Assembly (NCBI GenBank): GCA_002269645.1
Contig: NIVC01000794.1
Span: 1 to 33,934, forward strand
From: Macrostomum lignano
Lineage: Eukaryota
Direction of reading: 5' to 3'
DNA: 33,934 nucleotides
This document shows positions 20,601-31,632 of the stretch, one piece after another. A program made the translations under genes and the position numbers. Below the pieces are notes generated by a model that had not been told where the DNA came from, ran no database searches, and saw nothing but the letters and a program-made list of their open reading frames with translations. How positions within the stretch are numbered: the first letter of the stretch is position 1; each line of letters starts with the position of its first letter.

Positions 20601-23600
20601 AGATCAGCGACACACTCACCGACAACATCAGCGACACACTCAGCAACAAGATCAGCGACACACTCAGCGACAAGATCAGCGACACACTCAGCAACAAGAT
20701 CAGCGACACACTCAGCGACAAGATCAGCGACACACTCAGCAACAAGATCAGCGACACACTCAGCAACAAGATCAGCGACACACTCAGCAACAAGATCAGC
20801 GACACACTCAGCAACAAGATCAGCGACACACTCAGCAACAAGATCAGCGACACACTCAGCGACAAGATCAGCGACACACTCAGCAACAAGATCAGCGACA
20901 CACTCAGCAACAAGATCAGCGACACACTCAGCAACAAGATCAGCGACACACTCAGCAACAAGATCAGCGACACACTCAGCGACAAGATCAGCGACACAAT
21001 CAGCAACAAGATCAGCGACACACTCAGCAACAAGATCAGCGACACACTCAGCAACAAGATCAGCGACACACTCAGCGACAAGATCAGCGACACACTCAGC
21101 GACAATATCAGCGACACACTCAGCGACAAGATTAGCGACACACTCAGCGACAAGATCAGCGACACACTCACCGACAACATCAGAAACACACTCAGCGACA
21201 ACATCAGAAACACACTCACCGACAACATCAGAAACACACTCACCGACAACATCAGAAACACACTCAGCGACAAGATCAGCGACACAATCAGCGACAACAT
21301 CAGAAACACTCTCAGCGACAAGATCAGCGACACACTCAGCGACAAGATCAGCGACACACTCAGCGACAAGATCAGCGACACACTCACCGACAACATCAGA
21401 AACACACTCACCGACAACATCAGAAACACACTCACCGACAACATCAGAAACACACTCAGCGACAAGATCAGCGACACACTCAGCGACAACATCAGAAACA
21501 CACTCAGCGACAAGATTAGCGACACACTCAGCGACAACATCAGAAACACACTCAGCGACAAGATCAGCGACACACTCAGCGACAACATCAGAAACACACT
21601 CAGCGACAAGATCAGCGACACATTCACCGACAACATCAGAAACACACTCAGCGACAACATCAGCGACACACTCAGCGACAACATCAGAAACACACTCAGC
21701 GACAACATCAGCGACACACTCACCGACAACATCAGAAACACACTCAGCGACAAGATCAGCGACACACTCACCGACAACATCAGAAACACACTCAGCGACA
21801 ACATCAGCGACACATTCACCGACAACATCAGAAACACACTCAGCGACAAGATTAGCGACACACTCAGCGACAACATCAAGAAACACACTCAGCGACAAGA
21901 TCAGCGACACACTCAGCGACAACACCAGAAACACACTCAGCGACAAGATTAGCGACACACTCACCGACAAGATCAGCGACACACTCAGCGACAAGATCAG
22001 CGACACACTCAGCGACAACATCAGAAACACACTCAGCAACAAGATCAGCGACACACTCAGCGACAACACCAGAAACACACTCAGCGACAAGATCAGCGAC
22101 ACACTCAGCGACAACATCAGAAACACACTCAGCAACAAGATCAGCGACACACTCACCGACAACATCAGAAACACACTCAGCAACAAGATCAGCGACACAC
22201 TCAGCGACAACACCAGAAACACACTCAGCGACAAGATCAGCGACACACTCAGCGACAACATCAGAAACACACTCAGCAACAAGATCAGCGACACATTCAC
22301 CGACAACATCAGAAACACACTCAGCGACAAGATCAGCGACACACTCAGCGACAAGATCAGCGACACACTCAGCGACAAGATCAGCGACACACTCAGCGAC
22401 AACATCAGAAACACACTCAGCGACAAGATCAGCGACACACTCAGCGACAAGATCAGCGACACACTCAGCGACAAGATCAGCGACACACTCAGCAACAAGA
22501 TCAGCGACACACTCAGCGACAAGATCAGAGCAGATGTGAGCAGAGCTTTCACCTTGAAGGTGGGCAGGCAATCCATGCCGGGCGACTCCTCAATGTCGCC
22601 GCTGACCAGGTTGAAGCAGGCTCCGTGGAAGGGGCAGCGCAGCCGCTGCCCAGCGATTTGGCCGCCAGCCAGCGGCAGGCCAAAGTGCGGGCATTTGCCA
22701 CCAATGGCGAACAGCCGCCTGTCAGCATCGGCTGTGCGGCCAACCAGCACAGGGAATTCGCCGAATTTCACCTGCTTCATACCGGGGCTTCATTCGGGTT
22801 GGTGCGTTGATCAGACAGGCTTTTAATTCTTAAAAAATTGTAACTAATTAATAGAATATTCATTCAAAGCTCACCTTCCATCGCCAATCTCAGATTCTTT
22901 GCAGACCTCCACAGAGAATGCTGGCTTATCTGTTTTAAAGAATTGTGCTACAAGCTTTCACTTTTAAAATAAGTCCCTAAAATAATTCAATCAATTATTT
23001 TTTACCAGGAGCCAAACAGCTGTTTGATTTTTTAATACTCGCAACATTCCAAAAACCCCCTATTTAAGCCAACTCTGATATTTCCAAACTAAAACTACTA
23101 ATGGTAACTTAGAAAGCTAATTTGATGCTATGAAACATTATCCCAGAGAAATTAGTACTATTGCAACACATAGTTAAATAAATATATTATTCTATAAAAC
23201 AAAAATAAGACTAATCTCACCTGTAGAGTACATTCTTGCTGGAGCTGTAGCGATTGCAGTGCTAGTGGCTTGAAGGCTGTTACTGGATGTAACTGAAAGA
23301 AAAAATATTCAATTATGTCTAAATAGTTTACTATAAATTAACAAGCAACCAACTATTTTCAAAGTAAATTTCAGGTAATTAAAATTTAATACTTCAGCAA
23401 AAGAAATTAAATTTTGCCCTACAACAAAAGCATGATTGGAAAACTATTCATAGATAAAATTTAGTTTAAATACTCGTAATCTAGAATTTAATGGAAAATT
23501 TGTGGTATTGTTTATAAATCAAGGTTGCTACAACTAAAAATACTTACCATAAAGTTATTTAATCAAATTTTAATTGCAAAATCAGCTTTATCTCAATGTT

Positions 23601-23693
23601 TAAAATGAGTATATATGAAAATTCAAAGAAAAAACTTTCTATAATTTAAACATTTTTACCTGCTGAGGATGTTGAACTACATCCAGCACCCAT
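17685..23693 (-). CDS. AIFM3: Apoptosis-inducing factor 3-like Rieske [2Fe-2S] / FAD-NAD(P)H oxidoreductase, ~561 aa, 7 coding exons
   Basis: Exons 23693-23660, 23292-23221, 22929-22875, 22787-22553, 20398-19952, 19434-19138, 18230-17685 are phase-consistent (1686 nt). Motifs: Rieske CPHFG...CPFHGACF, FAD IVGGGPAA, DRTKLSK, NADH-site LIGSSFIALE, VFGAGDV, HWQTAQTQG, FFWT. The N-terminus MGAGCS resembles vertebrate AIFM3 MGGCF. The exon 4 acceptor is uncertain. Confidence 0.92.
18245..19096. repeat. 30-bp minisatellite (CAGTGAGGCTGGAGTGCATCATCAATCAAT) filling AIFM3 intron 6
   Basis: About 28 copies with 26-bp variants, degenerating toward the acceptor end. Confidence 0.96.
19509..19829 (-). 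mobile_element. tRNA-derived SINE with CORE/Meta-like central domain and (ATT)n tail, in AIFM3 intron 5
   Basis: The minus strand shows Pol III A box TAGCCTAGCGG and B box GGTTCAATTCC. These are followed by GTGTCCTTGGGCAAGACACCTAACTCT...CAGTT...TCTGTAAAATGGG (19747-19687), resembling the MIR CORE motif CCTTGGGCAAG..ACTTAACCTCT...CAGTTT...TCTGTAAAATGGG, and a 3' (ATT)10 tail at 19538-19509. No clear TSD. Confidence 0.82.
20445..22527. repeat. 24-bp minisatellite (CAGCGACAAGATCAGCGACACACT and variants) filling AIFM3 intron 4
   Basis: About 87 copies with zones of different variants and a 1-nt insertion near 21879. Confidence 0.97.
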
Positions 23694-25014
23694 TGCTAAA
23701 ACATCAATGTTTGTTTTTTAATAATCTAGATTACAATACAAGTAAAATCACTGGCAACAATTGTATAATTATCTAGACTAAGAGCTTAAGCATTACTAAT
23801 GATCTAGTATATTCCTTAAAAAATAGGTTTAAAGAACAATTGCAAAATAATTGTTATTCTTGCTTTATTGCTTCTTTTTTAGATTTATTTGCAATTCCAT
23901 CATTTATATAGGATAATTTTCTGAAAAATATTTATATGTGATATACATATAAGAAACTATTACTGGAGCTTATAAAATTGGCGTTTAAAATATAAACAAT
24001 TTTTTTGTCTGAGAAACACATTGCATAAGCATAACAAACCAACAAACACAAAGACAGCACAGCACTATAGTCTACAGTAAATCCAAGACGCACTTGATGA
24101 TATTACGAGTAAAATAGGTAATTATTTATTACCTAAAAATACGAAGTGCCGTTTGATAGAAGATTGAATGAGATGATTTACTAGTCGCATTGAAAACACA
24201 ACCGATTACTGCGATTTTAGCTACCAAAGATTTTCTAAAGAGCTTCATTCCTGTAAATAGGTGACAGTTAAATCCGTTCTTTTTACTTAAACAGCCTAAC
24301 GAAATTAATGTTATTTTTAGATTTTCAGAACATAATATAACTAGTTATACTTTCTTTATTATGTAAAACGTTTTTACTTTGTGTTAATTTATAATAAAAA
24401 GCTATTTAATTTACATAAGGCTATCGTCCTGACAACATAATGCTTATCCTGCTTTAAACACTTAACTTATTAAACTAATCTTTCTGTTAACTTAACGGTG
24501 ATAGCTTAGCTAAACTCTAAAACAGTGGGGACTCGTTTCTATTTTCGAGTACACTGCTAGTAAAGTATTTATTTCGCAGGCTATAATTTATGTACCTAAT
24601 ACTTCTGGTTAGTAACTATCATCTAATATAGACCTGAAAACTAACAGGCTAACCTCCCAATTACATTTCGGGAAATTTATTCCAGGAGTTTGTCACCTGT
24701 CTCAGTTCATTTTAATTTTAATTTAGCTATGGGAACCTTGTCGACTACGATAGAATTTCTACGTTACTTTCGATTCATATCCTTTTGCTGTAGTATATTT
24801 TTTGTCTTGAAGTTATTATACATGCATATACCTTCTAATTTTTATAATTTTTCAGCAGCTATGGTGTTGCACAGTAGCACTCTTAAAAAGAAAAATTGAG
24901 ATTTATAACCTTGGTTTCTTATTTCAAATTTTAGATATCTGAACAGGGCCTTAAAATATATTTGGTCGTCCAAGTAGGCCATTGCATACTTTAGAAAAAC
25001 AAATATCTGTGTAT

Positions 25015-25139
25015 GTTGTCATGGAGATATGTGTGATTATCATAGATTCGTCACCGTCAATTTTAATTTCCATGAATCCCAGCTGCAGTTCTCGGGTTGG
25101 TCTGTAATTGAATTGCCGAACGTTGCAACCAATGGCAAC
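25015..25139. promoter_or_regulatory. Candidate RFX X-box-like sites upstream of the ODAD1-like ciliary gene
   Basis: GTTGTCATGGAGAT (25015-25028) is close to the X-box GTTGCCATGG(C/A)(A/G)AC. GTTGCAACCAATGGCAAC (25122-25139) has a perfect ATGGCAAC half-site overlapping a CCAAT. Both lie 225-350 bp upstream of a motile-cilia gene, and both matches are imperfect. Confidence 0.4.
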
Positions 25140-25363
25140 TCAATCTGATTATTTACATTGTTTTTCTGTGAAATTATCTTATCTGTATTCATGTAAAAGC
25201 TGTTTAAAATCTTTCATTGACTCTAATTACAGTTTGAATCTGTAGTGTTTGATCAGAATTTTGCTCAAGTTTTTTTATTTTATATTTATTATACATTTAC
25301 AGGTTTCATTTTTTTAATTTTCAAAGTCCACCGTGTCTTTTGCATGCCTGTTGACCCTCTGCC

Positions 25364-28300
25364 ATGCCGCGACCGAGATCCGCCGCCGACGATGGAGACG
25401 AGGCCAACGACGCCCTGCTGCAAGAGGAGTTCGAGCGGCTGCAGAATCAGTACAGAATCCTTGAGAACGACCGGCGGACTTACATTGCCGAGTCGCAGGA
25501 CACGCTGAGGAAGCAGAAGTAAGTAAAGCGCGAACATATTCTCTTCACAATTTTAACTGGAAAAGCCATTTACTTTGACAAAATGACCCGAAACCCACGC
25601 TAATCACCTTTGCTCTCTCAGAGAAGAAATCGATCACCTGGAAAAGGAGAACAAGGAGATCAAGACCGACCTGAGCCAGGCCCAGAGCGACAAAAACCAG
25701 AAGGCCGACAAGCAGACTCTGAACCGGCTCACCGAGCTGTCGCGCGAGCGAGACGAACTCGAAGAGCAGATTGAGAACGAGCGAGCCAAGATCGGCACGC
25801 TCGACTCGGAGATTCGCAAATCGGAGCGCGAGAATCGCCAGCTGAAGAAGGAAAACGCGGGCGCTGGCCGCGGCGGCGGCGCCAACAAGGCCGCAGGCGC
25901 TCAGGGCTCGGCGAATCAACAGAAGCGTCGACAAACTCTGGAGAATCGACTCGACAAGGAGAACAAGCGGTTAGTTGAGCCTAATTTTCGATTGTTTGCA
26001 GCCAATTGATACCAAAATATTTCTTTCGCAATGATTATTGCAGAACTTGTTTTTGGCAAACTGGCTGATCATATAAGAGAACGCAACACTTTCGCCACAC
26101 CCCGCAGGTACAATGACACCCTGACTGAGAACGCGCACCTGCGCGAGGAGATCGACCGATTGCGCTCGGAGAAATCCATGTTTGACGACCTCTACCGCAA
26201 GCTGCTGGTCGAAGTTGAGGAAGCTCGACAACAGAAGGCCTTCTTGACGGAATCCGCTACTAAGGTGAGTCACGGGCTAAGAGTTTGCGGTTAGGTTTCT
26301 GGTTCAAGGAGTAAGTGGAAGAACATGATGCACTCCTGCTGTCACGAGCTGAAACCACCATGAACAAAGCCTTTTATCCTTCAGCTCTAAACTTCAACCC
26401 CACCCTTGCAGGCATACGAGCATCGCGACGACTGCATCAACAAGATCGTTGCCCTGCGTGACCGCAACGAGAAAGACGAGGCTCAGTACCGCAACGAGAA
26501 GCGCGACCTGGAGCGATTCATCGATCACGACAACAAACTGCGCGACTTCATGACGCGCAAAGCCAACGCCCGCGACGAGTGGAAGCGCGAGGCACAGGAC
26601 CGCCGTCTCAAGCATGGCTCGCACGGCGAGAAGGCGCGGGAAGCGCAGCGCCGGGCCTTCCGCGACCAAGGGGAGGCGATGGAGCGAATTCGCGAGATCA
26701 CGAGCGAAGACGACCTTGACGTGATCGTGCGCGACTTTGTGCAACGCGAGGACGACAATTTCGCTCTGTTCCAGTACGTGTCGGAGCAGAACAACCAGAT
26801 TGAGACCCTCACCGAGGAGATCGACCGCCTCAAGCGCGAAATGGAGACGTAAGAAAGCTGATTCCCAGCTAAACTTTTTGATGCCTATCAGTTTCCGCGA
26901 AAGGCAGTTGGTCTAAAAATGCTAGAGAGTTTTTTATCAATGTGGTGATAAGCTGTTATTGGTACATGGCTAGGTATAGTGCGATGGACTGTGTATTATG
27001 CTTAAAGCCATCAGCTGGTATGTAGCGCTACTCAGAGGGTTCTACGAGAGTAGGGAAAAGGTACTTAACTCCCTGACCTGCGTTACATCGCAGTTTCGTG
27101 AACGAAGACAACGACCTGGAAGTCGAACGCGAGCGAATTCTGGCCGAGCTTGAGCGAAAAATTGCCACCGCGAAAGCCGCTCGGACCGAGGCAGCCGACA
27201 AGCTGGACTCGGTGCGGCGGACACTGGAGGAGCTGCAGACGGCCATCAAGTCTGTGTTTGACAAGTGCGGCTGCTCCGATAGCCACATCCGCGAGATGCT
27301 GGGCGCTGATGAGACCATCTCCAACCGGAACTGCTTGCTGTATCTGGGCGCTGTTGAGCAACGAACTAATGAACTGTTGGCTGTGCAGTACTACCTGCAG
27401 ACTAAGGTGAGCTGTGTGTGCTCATGGGGTGTCAGATGTGATACCTGCAGACTAAGGTGAGCTGTGTGTGCTCATGGTGTCAGATGTGATACCTGCAGAC
27501 TAAGGTGAGCTGTGTGTGCTCATGGGGTGTCAGATGTGATACCTGCAGACTAAGGTGAGCTGTGTGTGCTCATGGGGTGTCAGATGTGATACCTGCAGAC
27601 TAAGGTGAGCTGGGTGTGCTCATGGGGTGTCAGATGTGATACCTGCAGACTAAGGTGAGCTGTGTGTGCTCATGGGGTGTCAGATGTGATACCTGCAGAC
27701 TAAGGTGAGCTGGGTGTGCTCATGGGGTGTCAGATGTGATACCTGCAGACTAAGGTGAGCTGTGTGTGCTCATGGTGTCAGATGTGATACCTGCAGACTA
27801 AGGTGAGCTGTGTGTGCTCATGGTGTCAGATGTGATACCTGCAGACTAAGGTGAGCTGTGTGTGCTCATGGGGTGTCAGATGTGATACCTGCAGACTAAG
27901 GTGAGCTGTGTGTGCTCATGGGGTGTCAGATGTGATACCTGCAGACTAAGGTGAGCTGTGTGTGCTCATGGGGTGTCAGATGTGATACCTGCAGACTAAG
28001 GTGAGCTGTGTGTGCTCATGGGGTGTCAGATGTGATACCTGCAGACTAAGGTGAGCTGTGTGTGCTCATGGGGTGTCAGATGTGATACCTGCAGACTAAG
28101 GTGAGCTGTGTGTGCTCATGGGGTGTCAGATGTGATACCTGCAGACTAAGGTGAGCTGGGTGTGCTCATGGGGTGTCAGATGTGATACCTGCAGACTAAG
28201 GTGAGCTGTGTGTGCTCATGGGGTGTCAGATGTGATACCTGCAGACTAAGGTGAGCTGGGTGTGCTCATGGGGTGTCAGATGTGATACCTGCAGACTAAG

Positions 28301-30316
28301 GTGAGCTGTGTGTGCTCATGGTGTCAGATGTGATACCTGCAGACTAAGGTGAGCTGTGTGTGCTCATGGTGTCAGATGTGATACCTGCAAACTAAGGTGA
28401 GCTGTGTGTGCTCATGGGGTGTCAGATGTGATACCTGCAGACTAAGGTGAGCTGTGTGTGCTCATGGGGTGTCAGATGTGATACCTGCAAACTAAGGTGA
28501 GCTGTGTGTGCTCATGGGGTGTCAGATGTGATACCTGCAGACTAAGGTGAGCTGTGTGTGCTCATGGGGTGTCAGATGTGATACCTGCAGACTAAGGTGA
28601 GCTGGGTGTGCTCATGGGGTGTCAGATGTGATACCTGCAGACTAAGGTGAGCTGTGTGTGCTCATGGGGTGTCAGATGTGATACCTGCAGACTAAGGTAA
28701 GCTGTGTGAGCTGACTGAATATAAGCATTTTAAAATTGTAACTGAAACGAATTTCAATTAATTTCAAACCCAGAAGCGACAGGGACTTCACAACTCTCTC
28801 GATGAAGACGAGGTACTCAAGCAGGCTCACTGAATTAGAAATTATGGTTATCCTTGTAGTTAAATTATTTTATCAGATTAAACCTCCCGCGACGACAATA
28901 GCAAACTCATATTAGCACTAAGTAAGAGATATTAATTACTAGCTAATATCTGGATGCATTTTGAAATGAGTTTTTTGTTTTACTAATAAGATTTTTTTGT
29001 TTGCTATTCGTTTTAAATACTAGCATTTACGCGTATGCAACGCGATATACTAATTTTAGTTTTGGAAGTAATGAGCATATAGCATTTCAAATTCGTCAGT
29101 TCAGTTCATGTTATTTTTTGTTTAAACCAATTCGTTATTATTCAGATCCTGACAGTAAGTTTGTTTCTATTAAATAAATTTTAAGTTTATTTCGTAGCTT
29201 TTGTTTTACTAGTTAAAAAAGCAAAATCTAGAATTTAAACAACAAAAAACTGGACATTGTACAACCACAGAAATTTGACAAGGAGGACGGCGCTCCGCAG
29301 CCCCAACACGGCCTCACGCTGGGACTGTCTGCCCGCGGCAGGGAGCCCACCGACATACAGGTGATGCCGCCCACCATTGGGTGAGTCGCTGGGCCGCTTG
29401 GTAATTTAGTGAGTGAGTGAGTGAGTGAGTGAGTGAGTGAGTGAGTGAGTGAGTGAGTGAGTGAGTGAGTGAGTGAGTGAGTGAGTGAATGAGTGAATGA
29501 GTGAGTGAGTGAGTGATTGAGTGAGTGAGTGATTGAGTGAGTGAGTGAGTGAGTGAGTGAGTGAGTGAGTGAGTGAATGAGTGAATGAGTGAGTGAGTGA
29601 GTGATTGAGTGAGTGAGTGAGTGAGTGATTGAGTGAGTGAGTGAGTGATTGAGTGAGTGAGTGAATGAATGAATGAGTGAATGAGTGAATGAGTGAGTGA
29701 GTGAGTGATTGAGTGAATGAGTGAGTGATTGAGTGAGTGAGTGAGTGAGTGAGTGAGTGAGTGAGTGAGTGAGTGAGTGAGTGAGTGAGTGATTGAGTGA
29801 GTGAGTGAGTGATTGAGTGAGTGAGTGAATGAGTGAATGAGTGAATGAGTGAGTGAGTGAGTGATTGAGTGAATGAGTGAGTGATTGAGTGAGTGAGTGA
29901 GTGAGTGAGTGAGTGAGTAAGTGAGTGAGTGAGTGAGTGAGTGAGTGAGTGAGTGAGTGAGTGAGTGAGTGAGTGAGTGTGTGAGTGAGTGAGTGTGTGA
30001 GTGAGTGAGTGAGTGAGTGATTGAGTGAGTTAGTGAGTGAGTGAGTGAGTGAATGATTGAGTGAGTTGAACCCAGCGATCAAGCGATAATTCTGTACGAT
30101 GAAACTTTTCAAATTTCAAGCGACAACTTCGAAGACGACGAGGACCCGAGCGCGGAGGTGCGGCCGCTGTCGCAGACGGAGCTGAAGCAGAAGGTGGAGA
30201 AGCACATTGTGCGCAAAGACCAGGGTGGCGGCGGCGGCGCCAGGAGCGGTGGCGGAGCGAGGCGAGACAAATCCAGTTCGGTTGCTAGGCAGAATTCGAC
30301 CGTGAAGAAATCGTGA
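25364..30316 (+). CDS. ODAD1: Outer dynein arm docking complex coiled-coil subunit (ODAD1/CCDC114/CCDC63, ODA-DC2 family), ~587 aa
   Basis: Exons 25364-25518, 25622-25969, 26108-26264, 26412-26848, 27094-27406, 28774-28812, 29146-29154, 29271-29380, 30121-30316 are phase-consistent (1764 nt). Family-like segments: EFERLQNQYRILENDRRTY, LENRLDK..RYNDTLTENAHLREEIDRLR, EDDNFALFQYVSEQN, GAVEQRTNELL, VRPLSQTELK. The two small exons are less certain, and the CCDC63 vs CCDC114 paralog is not resolvable. Confidence 0.92.
27392..28710. repeat. 50-bp minisatellite, 27 copies, each containing the exon 5 end and 5' splice site of the ODAD1-like gene
   Basis: Unit TACCTGCAGACTAAG|GTGAGCTGTGTGTGCTCATGGGGTGTCAGATGTGA, with 48-bp variants. 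The first copy overlaps the real exon end at 27406 and the last copy has GTAAG. Confidence 0.97.
29409..30066. repeat. (GAGT)n tetranucleotide microsatellite, ~165 units, in the last ODAD1 intron
   Basis: Long GTGA/GAGT run with GATT and GAAT interruptions. Confidence 0.97.
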
Positions 30317-30807
30317 CCAATTCGTTAAAGATTTTTTTCATGCAAAGTCTGCGAAGCATGGTGTGTTAAGCTGATGCAACTCAACTATATTGATTTGCTG
30401 TCTAGTCAGTCGGAACATTTCTAGTTTACGGTATAATTTTTGCGTGCAAAGACGGCTTTTATATTTTAAAAAAACTTGCGACACTTATTTTGTTTTACTT
30501 TTTACACTATTATTTTCCTTTTATCTAGTCAGTAGCCGCTGTTCAATGTTGAAGTCCCTATTCTTATTTTCTTAATGTTGAAAGTGTGTTTTCAATATTC
30601 TCGTTGTTCTTCTCCCTTATTTTACTTCTCGCAGCAGTAACTCAAAATATACAAAGTTATGGTTGTTGCTATAGAAGTTGCTTGTGTTTGGTTTTTCGAA
30701 CAATATAGACTGGCGTGGTAAATTAGGGAAGGATTTTTTTCCGCAAAGGGCGCCAGCGCGAGGTGACAACTCAGGGGTGCCATATGGTTGTTATGATAGC
30801 CCCCATC

Positions 30808-30880
30808 AAGGGGCGCCAGCACACCAAGGGGCGCCAGCACACCAGGGGCGCCAGAACACCAAGGGACGCCAGCACACCAA
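30808..30880. repeat. Short 18-bp tandem repeat (AAGGGGCGCCAGCACACC) x4
   Basis: Four imperfect copies are visible. It may be the interior of a decayed MITE, but no termini were found. Confidence 0.75.
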
Positions 30881-31163
30881 TTAAGGGGCCCCCTACACAG
30901 CATCGGACGTGTTTACCAATGCAAAGCCAAATTCCAATTGTTGGCAAACTGTTAAAAAGAGAACAGAGCTGGCACCAACTGTTTTCCAGGCTATCGGGTG
31001 GGGTTGCACGGCCCCTCAGTTTCTGCCCTAGCTGGTTTTAGTTCTTTCTGTACTCATGGACAATTGTCAGCTAGAGGTCTGCCATCGTCCCATCTAAAGA
31101 GTCCTATTTTGGGTTTTAAAATAATGAATTACCGTGGATTATGAAGCAGAAATTCGACGTTGG

Positions 31164-31632
31164 CAGGGGCGTCGCCATGGATTTTATGGTGGGGGGACAA
31201 AGCCAAGAATTCAACATGTACATGTACATGTACATGTACACTGTAGCGGCTCGCCTAAGGCTGTGCGAGCGAGAAAAAGTCCGCTTGCCAGGCCTCAACC
31301 CTCAAGTTCGGCCTGGCTTCTCTTTATTATTTTATTATTTATTATAATAAATAGTTGGCGGCAGTGGACCGCCACAACATGAGTAAATTTTTGGCACTCA
31401 TTAATTTTGGCGCCGCAGGCATTCCTTTTAGTGCTGCAAGCACTCATTTCAGCGCCGCAGGCACTCATTTCAGCGCCGTAGGCTTTCATTTTGGCGCCGA
31501 AGGCGCTATTTTTGGCGCCCTGAAGAAAATTACCACAACGACTAACAAGGTGGGTGGGGGACAAAGCATTGGCATGCCCCAGAGCTTTTACTGGGGACAC
31601 GTCCCCTTGTCCCCCCGCTGGCGACGCGCCTG
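31164..31632. mobile_element. 469-bp hAT-type MITE
   Basis: TIR CAGGGGCGTCGCCA versus the reverse complement of the right end, CAGGCGCGTCGCCA (13/14). A perfect 8-bp TSD GACGTTGG lies at 31156-31163 and 31633-31640. It is non-coding, with internal (CATGTA)4 and ~21-bp GGCGCCG(C/A)AGGC repeats. Confidence 0.9.

Noticed and set aside
20403-22826. 807-aa antisense ORF (SATHSATR repeats) as a mucin-like gene
   Set aside because: It is explained by the stop-free 24-bp unit. It has no ATG-led signal peptide or supporting splice structure and lies antisense to AIFM3.
25289-27361. Minus-strand ORFs overlapping ODAD1 exons
   Set aside because: These are shadow ORFs of GC-rich coiled-coil coding sequence.
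835-30066. Tandem arrays as CRISPR loci
   Set aside because: Units are directly adjacent with no unique spacers, there are no cas genes, and the context is intron-containing eukaryotic DNA.
29228-30112. 294-aa LTHS-repeat ORF
   Set aside because: This is the antisense translation of (GAGT)n.
30705-31010. Second MITE around the 18-bp GGCGCC repeats
   Set aside because: It is GC-rich and MITE-like, but no TIR pair or TSD could be identified.
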